From Minisyncoccia bacterium (lineage in GTDB: Bacteria; Patescibacteriota; Minisyncoccia; UBA6257; JAAZHW01): a DNA stretch of 64,000 nt. Shown piece after piece: positions 29,795 through 39,121 of the stretch; position 1 is the first letter of the stretch; every line of letters begins with the position of its first letter. A program made the translations under genes and the position numbers. The DNA lies in NCBI GenBank assembly GCA_041550235.1, contig JBFEPE010000003.1:1199-65198 (forward strand), written 5' to 3'. The notes beneath the pieces are model-generated. The model saw nothing but the letters and a program-made list of their open reading frames with translations, ran no database searches and had not been told where the DNA came from.

Positions 29795-31171
29795 ATGATT
29801 AAAGTAAAAAATAAAACTAAAAAGGGGGTTAAGAAGAGTAGCAGGAAAAAAATGGCGAAAAAGAGAGTTGTCAAAAAAGTTTCTATAAAGAAGGCAAGCA
29901 AGAAGAAGGCAAAGAGTAGGGCGGGGACAAAAAAGAGAGTTATTAAAAAAGCCCCTGTTAAAAAGACAGCCAAGAAAAAAGTTATTGCAAAAAAGAAAAC
30001 TACTAAAAAAGTTGCTAAAAAATCTATAACAAAAAAGCGAATAAAAAAAGCGCCCTCAAAAAAATCCAAGCCAAAAACAGGATTGGAAAAACTATATGAT
30101 GAGAAAATACAAAAATTAGTAAAGAAAGGCAGAGAAAGAGGATTCATCACAGAAGCCGAAATATTAACTAACTTTCCAGAAATAGAAAAAGATATTTCTC
30201 TTTTGGAGAATATTTATGAATTGTGCGATAAGGCAAAGGTAGAAGTCGTAGAATTCAAAGACCTTTTAGAATTGCCAGATGAGAAAGTATCATTGGAAGA
30301 CATAAAGCAATCAACAAAAGTTGATAATTATGAAGAGATTTCAGATTCTGTTCAGGGTTATTTAAGGGAGATTGGGCGGACCCCCCTTTTGACAGCAAGT
30401 CAAGAAAGAGAGATAGCAAAGAGAGTTGATGAAGGCGATTTGGAAGCAAGACAGCAATTAATTCAAAGCAACTTGAGGTTAGTTGTTTCTATTGCCAAAA
30501 GATATTCAAATAGAAGTAAGAATTTGACACTTCTTGATTTAATACAAGAGGGCAATATTGGATTAGCAAGAGCAGTAGAAAAATTTGACTATACAAAGGG
30601 ATTTAAATTTTCCACTTATGCTACATGGTGGATTAGACAGGCAATAACAAGAGCATTGGCAGACCAAACAAGGATTATCAGGATTCCCGTTCATATGATT
30701 GAAACATTGTCTAAATATAGTCAGACGAGGAAAAGATTAAACCAAGACTTAGGGAGAGACCCGCTACCAGAAGAAATTGCCGCTGAGTTGGGAATAGATG
30801 TGGAAAAAGTTCATTATTTATCAAGAATTGCTCAAGAAACATTATCTTTGGAAAAACCAATTGGTGACGATGATGATAATTCTTATTTAGGGGATTTTGT
30901 TGCTGACGAAAAAACATTATCTCCTGTGCAATCTGCTAGCCGAAGTTTTCTCAAAGACGAATTAAAGGAAGTTTTAATAGATTTGAATGAGAGAGAGCAG
31001 AAAATTTTGAATATGAGATTTGGTTTGGAGGACGGAATTACTCATACATTAGAGGAGGTAGGAAGTGAGTTTGATGTCACAAGGGAAAGAATAAGGCAAA
31101 TTGAGGCAAAGGCATTGGAAAAGTTGAAGTATCATTGGAGAATAAGAGAATTAGGCGAAGAGATAGAGTAG
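29795..31171 (+). CDS. rpoD: RNA polymerase sigma-70 factor with an ~90-aa lysine-rich, histone H1-like N-terminal extension
   Basis: Region 2 '[13 protein letters not shown]', region 3/4 '[24 protein letters not shown]'; N-terminal KK/AKK repeats. Confidence 0.9.
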   Translation: MIKVKNKTKKGVKKSSRKKMAKKRVVKKVSIKKASKKKAKSRAGTKKRVIKKAPVKKTAKKKVIAKKKTTKKVAKKSITKKRIKKAPSKKSKPKTGLEKLYDEKIQKLVKKGRERGFITEAEILTNFPEIEKDISLLENIYELCDKAKVEVVEFKDLLELPDEKVSLEDIKQSTKVDNYEEISDSVQGYLREIGRTPLLTASQEREIAKRVDEGDLEARQQLIQSNLRLVVSIAKRYSNRSKNLTLLDLIQEGNIGLARAVEKFDYTKGFKFSTYATWWIRQAITRALADQTRIIRIPVHMIETLSKYSQTRKRLNQDLGRDPLPEEIAAELGIDVEKVHYLSRIAQETLSLEKPIGDDDDNSYLGDFVADEKTLSPVQSASRSFLKDELKEVLIDLNEREQKILNMRFGLEDGITHTLEEVGSEFDVTRERIRQIEAKALEKLKYHWRIRELGEEIE

Positions 31172-31188
31172 GGTCATTATTAAAAATT

Positions 31189-31902
31189 ATGTCAGGACAT
31201 TCTAAGTGGTCGACAATTAAACATAAAAAAGCGGCAATGGATGCCAAAAGAAGCCAATTATTTTCCAAAATGGCTGGTTTAATTGCAATTTGTGCGAGAG
31301 ATGGAGCAGACCCAAACTTTAACCCAAAATTAAAAATGGCCATTGATAGGGCGAAGCAGATAAATATGCCTATTGCCAATATAGAAAGAGCAATTAAAAG
31401 GGGTAGTGGGCCAGGAGAGGACTCTAATTTAGAAGAATTATTAATAGAAGCATATGGTCCCAGAGGCAAGGCGATTTTGATTAAAGCCATAACTGATAAT
31501 AAAAATAGGACTATCGCAGAAATAAAAAATATATTAAATAAAAATGGCGGCAAAATGGCAGAGGGCGGAGCAGTTAAATGGCTTTTTGAAGAAAAAGGCG
31601 AGATTATTTTGAAAGAAAGTAAATTGAGTGACGAGGATGAATTGTCAATAATTGATGCTGGCTCGGAAGATATTAAAGTTGGCGGTGGTGAGATTATTGT
31701 TATCACAAATCCAATGGATTTAGATAAAGTTAAAAATAATATTGTTGAAAAGGGGATAGAGGTTGATGATTTTTCTTTATCATTTATTCCTAAAAATATG
31801 GAGGAGATATCAGAGGAAGAAAGAGCAAAATATGAGAAATTATTATCTATTTTAGACGGGCATCAAGATGTAAATGATTTATATTATAATTTTGAAATAT
31901 GA
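31189..31902 (+). CDS. yebC: YebC/PmpR-family transcriptional regulator
   Basis: 'MSGHSKWSTIKHKKAAMDAKR' canonical N-terminus; start placed at the internal Met at 31189. Confidence 0.9.
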   Translation: MSGHSKWSTIKHKKAAMDAKRSQLFSKMAGLIAICARDGADPNFNPKLKMAIDRAKQINMPIANIERAIKRGSGPGEDSNLEELLIEAYGPRGKAILIKAITDNKNRTIAEIKNILNKNGGKMAEGGAVKWLFEEKGEIILKESKLSDEDELSIIDAGSEDIKVGGGEIIVITNPMDLDKVKNNIVEKGIEVDDFSLSFIPKNMEEISEEERAKYEKLLSILDGHQDVNDLYYNFEI

Positions 31903-32390
31903 TTCGTATATTAGGAATTGATCCGGGAACAAAAAGGGTTGGATATGGATTGGTGGAAAAGAAAGATGGCAATTTTTTTCCTCTTGATTATGGTTGCCTT
32001 GAGTCGTCTCTAATTTCAGAAGGCGATATTTTAGAGGATATTTTTTGTAAAATTTCTGATATCATTAAAAAATATGAGCCAGATATTGTTTCAATAGAAA
32101 AATTATTTTTTTTCAAAAATCAAAAAACAATTATTTCAGTTTCTCAATCAAGGGGGGTAATAATTTTAGCTTGCCGAAAATTAGGCAAAAGAATTATTGA
32201 GCCGACTCCCTTGCAAATCAAAACCTGTCTCACAAGTTATGGCAGGGCAGATAAGAAGGCGGTTGCCGAGATGGTAGGGCAACTTTTGAAGTTGGATAAG
32301 TTGCCCAAATTGGATGATACGACAGATGCCCTCGCCTGCGCCCTCACTTCCTTCTATCTTATGAGGGATAATCTTTTTGACAAATGTTAA
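31899..32390 (+). CDS. ruvC: Holliday junction resolvase RuvC
   Basis: 'ILGIDPGTKRVGYGLV'; ATGA overlap with yebC. Confidence 0.9.
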   Translation: MIRILGIDPGTKRVGYGLVEKKDGNFFPLDYGCLESSLISEGDILEDIFCKISDIIKKYEPDIVSIEKLFFFKNQKTIISVSQSRGVIILACRKLGKRIIEPTPLQIKTCLTSYGRADKKAVAEMVGQLLKLDKLPKLDDTTDALACALTSFYLMRDNLFDKC

Positions 32391-32435
32391 AATATTTGTA
32401 ATATAATAGGTATCTAAATAATAAGAAAAAATAAT

Positions 32436-32882
32436 ATGTTAGCAATAAAATTAAGACCAGTTGGCAAAAAAAAGCAGATAAGTTATCGGGTGGTGGTTTC
32501 TGAAAAAAAATCAAAATTAAAGGGTAGGTTTATTGATGACCTTGGATTTTATAATCCTCATAGCAAAATGTCGGAATTAAAGGAAGATAAGATAAAATAT
32601 TGGTTATCGCAAGGAGTTAGGCCAACTGATACGGTTTACAATTTGCTTGTTTCAAAAGGAATAATTGAGGGAGAGAAGAAAAAAATCAATCTCACTCCTT
32701 CTAAGAAGGAGAAGACGGTAAAAGAAGAATTTAAAGAAGAGGTGGCTGATGAAAAGAAAGAAGAAGCAAAAGAGCCAGCCAAAGAAGAGCCAGTTGAAGA
32801 AAAAAAAGAGGAGGAGGAAATAGCGAAAGAAGAAGGGGCTGAAAAAGCCGAGGGAGAAGAAGAGAAAAAAGAGAAGGCATAA
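32436..32882 (+). CDS. rpsP: 30S ribosomal protein S16 with a C-terminal E/K-rich extension
   Basis: 'MLAIKLRPVGKKKQISYRVVV', 'DDLGFYNP'. Confidence 0.9.
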   Translation: MLAIKLRPVGKKKQISYRVVVSEKKSKLKGRFIDDLGFYNPHSKMSELKEDKIKYWLSQGVRPTDTVYNLLVSKGIIEGEKKKINLTPSKKEKTVKEEFKEEVADEKKEEAKEPAKEEPVEEKKEEEEIAKEEGAEKAEGEEEKKEKA

Positions 32883-32905
32883 TGTTGATGATATAATTAA
32901 AAAAC

Positions 32906-32938
32906 ATCCAATCTCAAAAAGTTAGGATGTTTTTTAAT
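32906..32938. terminator. Bidirectional terminator shared by rpsP (+) and rnpB (-)
   Basis: 'aaaaaacatccaatctcaaaaagttaggatgtttttt': hairpin with an A-run upstream and a T-run downstream. Confidence 0.65.
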
Positions 32939-33372
32939 TCAACAATAATAAGCCGGATTCTGTATCAACAATCATTTATCTATGAATAGTGTCGCCACTA
33001 TTCTATAGCGATCCACCTTTTCGCTTATAAAAAGCGATTTGATCTTGCACCGGATAGGGCTTGCCAGCAATGGCTTATCACTAAGCCCGCATAAGAGTAG
33101 CAATTATGAAAATCACATCTCTTATCTTTTCACCTTTCTCCAGCCCCACTTTTATTTCTAAAAGTGGGGCTGGGTAGTATTGTCTCTGTGGCGCTTTCCC
33201 TATCCAGCACCACTTTTATTTCTAAAAGTGGTGCTGGGCGGTTGGTGTTACCAACTATCCATTTTCCAATATTTATATTTAATAATAAAATAATAAATAT
33301 TTTGGGTGTCCGGACTTTCCTCTTCTTATGTTGCCGAAGCAATATAAGAAGCGATTGCTTTTGCCGAATTGC
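32936..33372 (-). ncRNA. rnpB: RNase P RNA (bacterial type)
   Basis: Minus-strand sense carries the P4 motif 'GAGGAAAGUCCGGACACC' (plus strand 33303-33320), the 3' P4 motif 'ACAGAAUCCGGCUUA' (plus strand 32948-32962), a P3 hairpin, P1/P2 pairing, and two duplicated hairpins with a compensatory C-G to A-U change. Confidence 0.75.
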
Positions 33373-33469
33373 CCATATCTTAACATAATTTAATAATAAG
33401 TCAATTTTTGATTTTTGAAAGTAAAATCAAAAATTTACTATATTTCGCCTATGATTTTAAAAGACAAGA

Positions 33470-33498
33470 ATATCCCCCCGCCTTCGGCGGGGGGATAT
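33470..33498. repeat. GC palindrome 'atatccccccgccttcggcggggggatat'
   Basis: Near-identical to the hairpin at 3050-3078 apart from the loop. Confidence 0.8.
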
Positions 33499-33636
33499 TG
33501 AATAAATTTATCACTTTTATTCTCTCTCTTGTTACCTCCGCCTGTGGCAGACATTCTGCCCGCGAAGTATTTTATATCCGCCTCTGGCGGAGCGGAGGTC
33601 TAAAAGTCACGGCAAACATGATGAATTATGTTTGAG

Positions 33637-33697
33637 ATTCCCCGCCTAAGGCGGGCAGGCTGCCGGAGTATTATCCGCCTCTGGCGGACAGGAATGA
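33637..33697 (+). repeat. ~61-bp composite two-hairpin repeat, direct copy
   Basis: 'gattccccgcctaaggcgggcaggctgccggagtattatccgcctctggcggacaggaatga'. Confidence 0.8.
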
Positions 33698-33699
33698 CA

Positions 33700-33960
33700 A
33701 AAAAGAGGGTGGAATAGCATGTTCTTATCTTTCCACACTTTTGAAATGATGATGATTTACCTCCCCCGCCCCGAAGGGGCGGGGGAGGATATTCTTATCT
33801 TTCCACAATTTTGGACAATACTATCAATCCTCCTCCGCCTGTGGCGGAGGAGGATCTTTCCACACTTTTAGATAATAATACAACTATGCCTCGCCCTGCG
33901 AAGCAGGGCAAGGCATATCATCAAATTATCATCTTTCCACACCTTTAAATAAAATAAATA
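33700..33960. repeat. Tandem array of four modules, each a distinct GC hairpin followed by a conserved 'tctttccacac(t)ttt' box
   Basis: Boxes at 33731, 33800, 33858 and 33934; hairpins at 33760-33788, 33829-33853 and 33887-33915; the same box also occurs at 16886 and 17051. Confidence 0.7.
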
Positions 33961-33978
33961 ACAATTATAATATAGATA

Positions 33979-34809
33979 ATGATAAACATTTTCAAAAATA
34001 AGAAAGCCACTTCATTTATAATTCTCTCAATTGCATTGATAATAGCAATTATTTTGATATCTAATGGTGGGGAAGAGGTGGTGATTGGAATAAATAGCGA
34101 TATAAAAAACGACCAAGAAAATAAAGCAAGCGGTTTCCAATTAGAAAGAGATGGAGAAAAATTAGGAATAATTGGAGTGAACGATTTGTCTCAATACTTA
34201 ACTACTCAATCAAAAAAAAGAAACCTCACAAGAGACTTGGCCGATAAATTATCGCTTGGTTTTGTTGAGGCAAATGAATTTAATGAAGACCCATCGCAAG
34301 GTGTTTTCACTCCTGACGGTTATAGCATAATATCCACCTCATTAGAAGACTACAGCAATGAGTTTGGTTTGAAAAAAGACTTCATTACAATAAAAGATTT
34401 AAATATTGGGGGGGATAATTCTCAAGAAGCAATTCTTTCATATTATACTCAATATAGAGATACCATAAGTGAAGAAGTTGATAAGTTGGATATTTTAAAT
34501 AGATTAAATAAATTCAATGAGAGCAAGAATTTAAGTTATATTTTTGATATAATAGATGGGTATGATTCATTAATTTCAAAAATGAAAAAAATAAAAGTTC
34601 CAAGTGATTTTATAGAACTTCATTTGGAAAATATAAATTTATATATTTCTCAAAAATCTATTTTTGGCTCATTGGCTCAAATCAATGATGACCCATTAAG
34701 GTCTCTCACTGCAATAAATTTATTAGAAGAAACAGAAGATAAGTTGAGTGATTTGGGATTGGAATTTGCTTCTGCTCTTGAAAAAAATGGATTTAAAATT
34801 ATTTATTAA
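33979..34809 (+). CDS. Hypothetical membrane-anchored protein (276 aa); first gene of the T4SS-like cluster
   Basis: N-terminal TM helix; no motif. Confidence 0.45.
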   Translation: MINIFKNKKATSFIILSIALIIAIILISNGGEEVVIGINSDIKNDQENKASGFQLERDGEKLGIIGVNDLSQYLTTQSKKRNLTRDLADKLSLGFVEANEFNEDPSQGVFTPDGYSIISTSLEDYSNEFGLKKDFITIKDLNIGGDNSQEAILSYYTQYRDTISEEVDKLDILNRLNKFNESKNLSYIFDIIDGYDSLISKMKKIKVPSDFIELHLENINLYISQKSIFGSLAQINDDPLRSLTAINLLEETEDKLSDLGLEFASALEKNGFKIIY

Positions 34810-34814
34810 ATAAT

Positions 34815-36389
34815 ATGCCATTCAAAAGAACAATTTTGCTATTCATTATTTTCACATTCGTATTTCAGGGAGTGGGAATGTCCTTTGTTTTTAAAAAAGC
34901 TCAGGCAGGCTTGCCGGTCTCAGTTATTGCATATAGCCCCTTAGCTATGGGCATAAAGGCGGTTGCTGATAAGGCAACACAAACATTCATTAAAAAAGTA
35001 GTAGAAACTTTAATAGAAATCGCGAAAGAATATTTAAGAATAAGATTATTGGATTATCTCGTTGGGCAAACAGTGGCATGGATAAATAATGGTTTTAGAG
35101 GTGGTCCATATTTTGTTACAAATTGGAAGGATTTTTTATTAGAGGCAGGAGTTAATGCAGTGGGAGATTATCTTTCTCAAAGCAAGTATAAGAGAATTTG
35201 TTCGCCCTTTAACTATGATATTAGATTGAATTTGGGTGGCTTTCAGCAAATGCCTTCAACAGCTTGCACATTGGATTGGGTAGTGAATGACATTGAAAGA
35301 TATTGGGGCGATAGAGGATTTTTTGAGGGCGGATTGGCTGCTTTTGGAGAATCTCTTAAAATGCAAAATAATATATATGGTGCAAATATGATAGCCGAAA
35401 AAGAGATGGAGATGGAAGTATTGAGAGAAATAACACTCAAAGAAGCATTTGGCTCGCAGGCTGGTTTTCAAAATACAAGAAGATGTATTGAGGCAGTCAA
35501 AGATCCCGATACTGGGAAGTCAAAATGCTTAAAGTGGCAAATCACTACTCCCGGAGGAGTAATTGCTGGAAAACTTCAAAAGGCATTGAATGTTGATATT
35601 GATAAAATTCTTAGTGCAGATGAATTTACCACTTATGCAGCTGCAATTATAGATGCTCTAATAAACCAACTGATAAAGGCAGGAATGAATGGATTATTTG
35701 GTTTGGCTGATGGCGGAGGGTCGGCTGACCCCGGCGACATCCCCGACCTTCCTCCATTGCTCTATGTTTGTAATAAAACTGCATTTGTTTGCAGACCAGT
35801 ATTTGAGGACGATAATATGTTAGAGGGGGTTAGAGAAACATATAGTACTGCTGATGAGTGTAATGAAAAATGTGTTGATGATACTGACCCAGATGAAGGG
35901 GGCAAAAAGACATATAATGACAACCTACTTGCTTGTGAGAAAGGAATATTTGTGAGAGCAAGACCGCCATCAGGTTGTGCTGATGGAATCTGTAATAGAT
36001 GCACTGGCATTGGAGGAGTATATGCATCTGAATCATGCTTTGTTTTCTGCAAGCACACAAAAGATGCAGAATGGAAATCAGGGGCAAATAATGGAAAACA
36101 ATTTAGCGAGGAAGAAGTAAATTCTGTTACTAATTTCTTTGGGTTGTCATCGCCAGCAGGTGGTTGTTTTTGCCAAACAGAAATAGGGGAGTATCCATTT
36201 TATGATTATGATGGAGTGGGGCATTTTAAATCATCATGTCTTGAATGCAATGACGAGACATTATTTGGGGCAAGATTGTGTAGAAGCACAACTTGGTGCA
36301 AGTATCAATTAAATCAATCTCCATCGCCTTCTCCAAGTCCATCGCCTTCTCCACCTCCATTGCCATCCCCATCCCCACCCGTGTTCTAA
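34815..36389 (+). CDS. Hypothetical secreted Cys-rich protein with a C-terminal (SP)n linker
   Basis: Signal/TM N-terminus, many Cys in the C-terminal third, 'SPSPSPSPSPSPPPLPSPSPP' tail. Confidence 0.5.
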   Translation: MPFKRTILLFIIFTFVFQGVGMSFVFKKAQAGLPVSVIAYSPLAMGIKAVADKATQTFIKKVVETLIEIAKEYLRIRLLDYLVGQTVAWINNGFRGGPYFVTNWKDFLLEAGVNAVGDYLSQSKYKRICSPFNYDIRLNLGGFQQMPSTACTLDWVVNDIERYWGDRGFFEGGLAAFGESLKMQNNIYGANMIAEKEMEMEVLREITLKEAFGSQAGFQNTRRCIEAVKDPDTGKSKCLKWQITTPGGVIAGKLQKALNVDIDKILSADEFTTYAAAIIDALINQLIKAGMNGLFGLADGGGSADPGDIPDLPPLLYVCNKTAFVCRPVFEDDNMLEGVRETYSTADECNEKCVDDTDPDEGGKKTYNDNLLACEKGIFVRARPPSGCADGICNRCTGIGGVYASESCFVFCKHTKDAEWKSGANNGKQFSEEEVNSVTNFFGLSSPAGGCFCQTEIGEYPFYDYDGVGHFKSSCLECNDETLFGARLCRSTTWCKYQLNQSPSPSPSPSPSPPPLPSPSPPVF

Positions 36390-36395
36390 TATATA

Positions 36396-36472
36396 ATACC
36401 CGCCTTCGTTAAAACTTCGGCGGGCGAAACCCGCCTTCACTCTAAAGAGTTTCGGCGAGGCGAAGTAAAAAA
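36396..36472 (+). promoter_or_regulatory. GC-rich structured leader upstream of the VirB6-like gene ('cccgccttcgttaaaacttcggcgggcgaaa...tttcggcgaggcgaag')
   Basis: Shares the 'cgccttcgNNNaaacttcggcg(g/a)gcgaag' box with the leaders at 43458-43500, 46792-46822 and 47449-47485. Confidence 0.5.
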
Positions 36473-39049
36473 ATGAATAATGTCGCTAAAAAAATTAAAG
36501 AATTTTTGAAAAAAACAATTTTAAACCGAAAAACAAAATTGGGTGTTTTTTCGGGGATTGCTTTAAATTCCTGTTTGATTATTAAGGCAAAAGCAGGTGT
36601 GATGTCTGCGATAGGAACGATAGGCACAGAAGTAGCTTCGTTGATTGGCTCATTAATTCTCCCTATAGGTAAATGGGTTATAAGTGAGGCAGTAAAGGGT
36701 ATTATTGCATTAGTTCAACTTATTGTCGGGCAATTAATTGCATTAGAAATTAATCTTCTATCGTGGGTAATAAGTATACAAAACTTTACAACACTTCCGA
36801 TAGTGAGATTGGGATGGAGAATCACAAGAGATTTTTCAAATATTCTCTTCATAGCAGTTTTAATATATCTTGCTTTTGCAATAATATTAAGAGTTCAAAA
36901 TTACAATGCCAGCAGTATGCTTTGGAAGGTAATTGTAATGGCAGTTCTAATAAACTTTAGCTTGATGATAGGAGGAGTTATCATTGACATAAGTCAAGTA
37001 TTTTTCTTTTACTTCTTAAGAGCTCCTTTTGGTGACAAAGTGGAATATAATCCCGCTAATACTGGGTTGGCAATTGGTGACCGATTGCAATTAAATAAGA
37101 TATTGGCGAATGATCAATCACTGGCAGGCTCAACTGGGGGAGGAGAAGAATCAAAACAAAATAGAGAACTTGGTTTGGTCGGAAGGGCTGTATTTGTCGT
37201 CATATTCTCATTTGTTTATGCATTAGTCCTCGGGGCATTAGTTCTCATTCTATTTGTTAGAAATCTTTATTTATGGATACTTCTTATTTTCTCTCCAATT
37301 GCATGGGTTGCACAGGTTATTCCAATCAAACAAATTAGTGGATTCTTTAATCAATGGTGGAGTGAATTTATGAAATGGGTTTTCGTAGCACCAATAATTG
37401 CCTTCTTTATATTCTTATCGCTTTACACGACAGAAGTAATAGATGATTTTGGAAAAGAAAGCACAAATAAAATATTAGTGGATAATTTTTATGATGATGA
37501 GAAGGCAGCTGAAAAAACAGAGCATTCAAGTCTATTTTTTGGAAGAGCACAAACGAATATATTTGGATTACATATTTTTACAAACTCTTTCTTTGTTGTA
37601 ATTTTCTTGTTGGTTGGAATGAAGGTTACTCAATCAATGGGATTTAAAATCGCTGGCTCCGCCCTGAATCTTGCCGGCCAAGCAAGAAAAATGGCGACTG
37701 ATTATGCATGGAAAAAGACAAAAGAAACTGGCAGAAGAGTTACCCAAACTGGCGCTCGTCTCTTATCGGAGGGGACAGGTATTGCAACAAGATTTATAGT
37801 TCCTGAAAAGTGGCGGACAGGACTTGGCAAATTTGTTGGTGGTGCATCAAAAGTTCCTATTGTTGGAGCTCCCTTTAAGGCAATGACAAGGGGAATTGAG
37901 AAATTATCAGCAGGTGCTCCTAAGATGAGAGAGAGTTTAGTAAAGCAGGGTGAAGAAAGAATGAAGAATATGTCAAATGATCAAATAAAGAGGAAGTTGG
38001 AATTAGGGCAATTTGATAGATATGAAAAAATTGCCGCTCAAAGAAAAATAGGTGTTGCAAATGAAAAACATTTCAAAGATTTGCAGGGTATTTATAAGGC
38101 AAATAATATGCAAGATGATTTGGCTAATCTAAAGAAAGAAAATCCTTATTGGACAGATGAATTTAAGAATTTAGCGAAAGGATATGATGATATTAAGAAG
38201 AATAGATTGGATACAAAAGCAGGTAGCGAATTGGCTAAGAAGCAAATTAGCGATGAGGAAAGAGCGATTATGAAGGCAGATCCAAAATGGAGCGATCAAG
38301 ACATATTGGCAGAATCATATAAGAGAGCTCTTGCTAATCAATTTAAGGGATTTGATGCAGATAAGATGGCTATTAATTTTGAAAAAGATGAGGCATTTAA
38401 GAATCCAGATTCTATTTCAAATCAGGCATTAGCAGTTGTTGCCTCAAAACAAAAATATGGCAGATTTGCCGACAAGGTAATTGATAAGATGAGTCCAAGT
38501 CAAGCAGGTAAGTTGATGAAGAATGTGGTTGAGGAACTTGGAGGTGGTCAAAAGGGTGTGAGTGCCGCAAATACATTGGGTTATGGTGGTTTGGGTAATG
38601 ATAAGCCAAAAGGTGGAGATTTTTCACCTGGTCTTGTTTTGACTGAAAGCACATTGAGAGATATTGCAAATGATTTGGGAGTCAAATCACCCGAACCTCA
38701 GCCAGAAGATAGAACTTCTCAATATCAAGAGGAATACAAGGAGGTAAAAGAACCATTCCAACCACCACCAGTAAAAACCCCAACTCCTCCACCAACAGGC
38801 GGCCCTACCCCAACCCCAACCCCATCTCCCGGGCAGCAAATGCCTCCGCCTCTTGATACAGCAGAATTAAAAAAGATTGAATTTGATAATATAGCTGAAA
38901 GAACGGCAAATCAAGGCAAGATAATAAACAAAGATTTGTTATACAAATTAATGGATAAGGGTGTCACCGCGAGTGATATAGAAAATAATAGATTAACATT
39001 GGAAGATGGACCATTTAATGAATGGGCAGAAAGAAAATTGAATGAATGA
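36473..39049 (+). CDS. Polytopic membrane protein, candidate VirB6/TrbL-like T4SS channel component, with a large Pro/Thr-rich hydrophilic C-terminal domain
   Basis: At least six predicted TM helices in the N-terminal 400 aa, a long charged C-terminus and a PTPPPTGGPTPTPTPSP linker; assignment by architecture only. Confidence 0.35.
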   Translation: MNNVAKKIKEFLKKTILNRKTKLGVFSGIALNSCLIIKAKAGVMSAIGTIGTEVASLIGSLILPIGKWVISEAVKGIIALVQLIVGQLIALEINLLSWVISIQNFTTLPIVRLGWRITRDFSNILFIAVLIYLAFAIILRVQNYNASSMLWKVIVMAVLINFSLMIGGVIIDISQVFFFYFLRAPFGDKVEYNPANTGLAIGDRLQLNKILANDQSLAGSTGGGEESKQNRELGLVGRAVFVVIFSFVYALVLGALVLILFVRNLYLWILLIFSPIAWVAQVIPIKQISGFFNQWWSEFMKWVFVAPIIAFFIFLSLYTTEVIDDFGKESTNKILVDNFYDDEKAAEKTEHSSLFFGRAQTNIFGLHIFTNSFFVVIFLLVGMKVTQSMGFKIAGSALNLAGQARKMATDYAWKKTKETGRRVTQTGARLLSEGTGIATRFIVPEKWRTGLGKFVGGASKVPIVGAPFKAMTRGIEKLSAGAPKMRESLVKQGEERMKNMSNDQIKRKLELGQFDRYEKIAAQRKIGVANEKHFKDLQGIYKANNMQDDLANLKKENPYWTDEFKNLAKGYDDIKKNRLDTKAGSELAKKQISDEERAIMKADPKWSDQDILAESYKRALANQFKGFDADKMAINFEKDEAFKNPDSISNQALAVVASKQKYGRFADKVIDKMSPSQAGKLMKNVVEELGGGQKGVSAANTLGYGGLGNDKPKGGDFSPGLVLTESTLRDIANDLGVKSPEPQPEDRTSQYQEEYKEVKEPFQPPPVKTPTPPPTGGPTPTPTPSPGQQMPPPLDTAELKKIEFDNIAERTANQGKIINKDLLYKLMDKGVTASDIENNRLTLEDGPFNEWAERKLNE

Positions 39050-39121
39050 TGAAATAAAAAAACAGAGTGTTTTGAAATTTCAAAACACTCTGTTTGATTA
39101 TAATAAAATTTATAATTTTTC

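Noticed and set aside
29767-30150. Minus-strand Phe-rich ORFs opposite rpoD (29767-30150), yebC (31077-31706), the K/E-rich gene (41016-41321, 41600-41896) and the M23 peptidase (55537-56187)
   Set aside because: Antisense shadow ORFs of lysine- and glutamate-rich low-complexity coding sequence (AAA/GAA versus TTT/TTC).
33130-33388. ORF-track ORFs 33130-33342 (-) and 33164-33388 (+)
   Set aside because: They lie wholly inside the RNase P RNA gene. The overlapping antisense pair has no RBS and is a structured-RNA artefact.
33700-33960. CRISPR array
   Set aside because: The repeated units are AT-rich boxes separated by hairpins that differ in sequence and length. There are no identical direct repeats with unique spacers, and no cas genes in the window.
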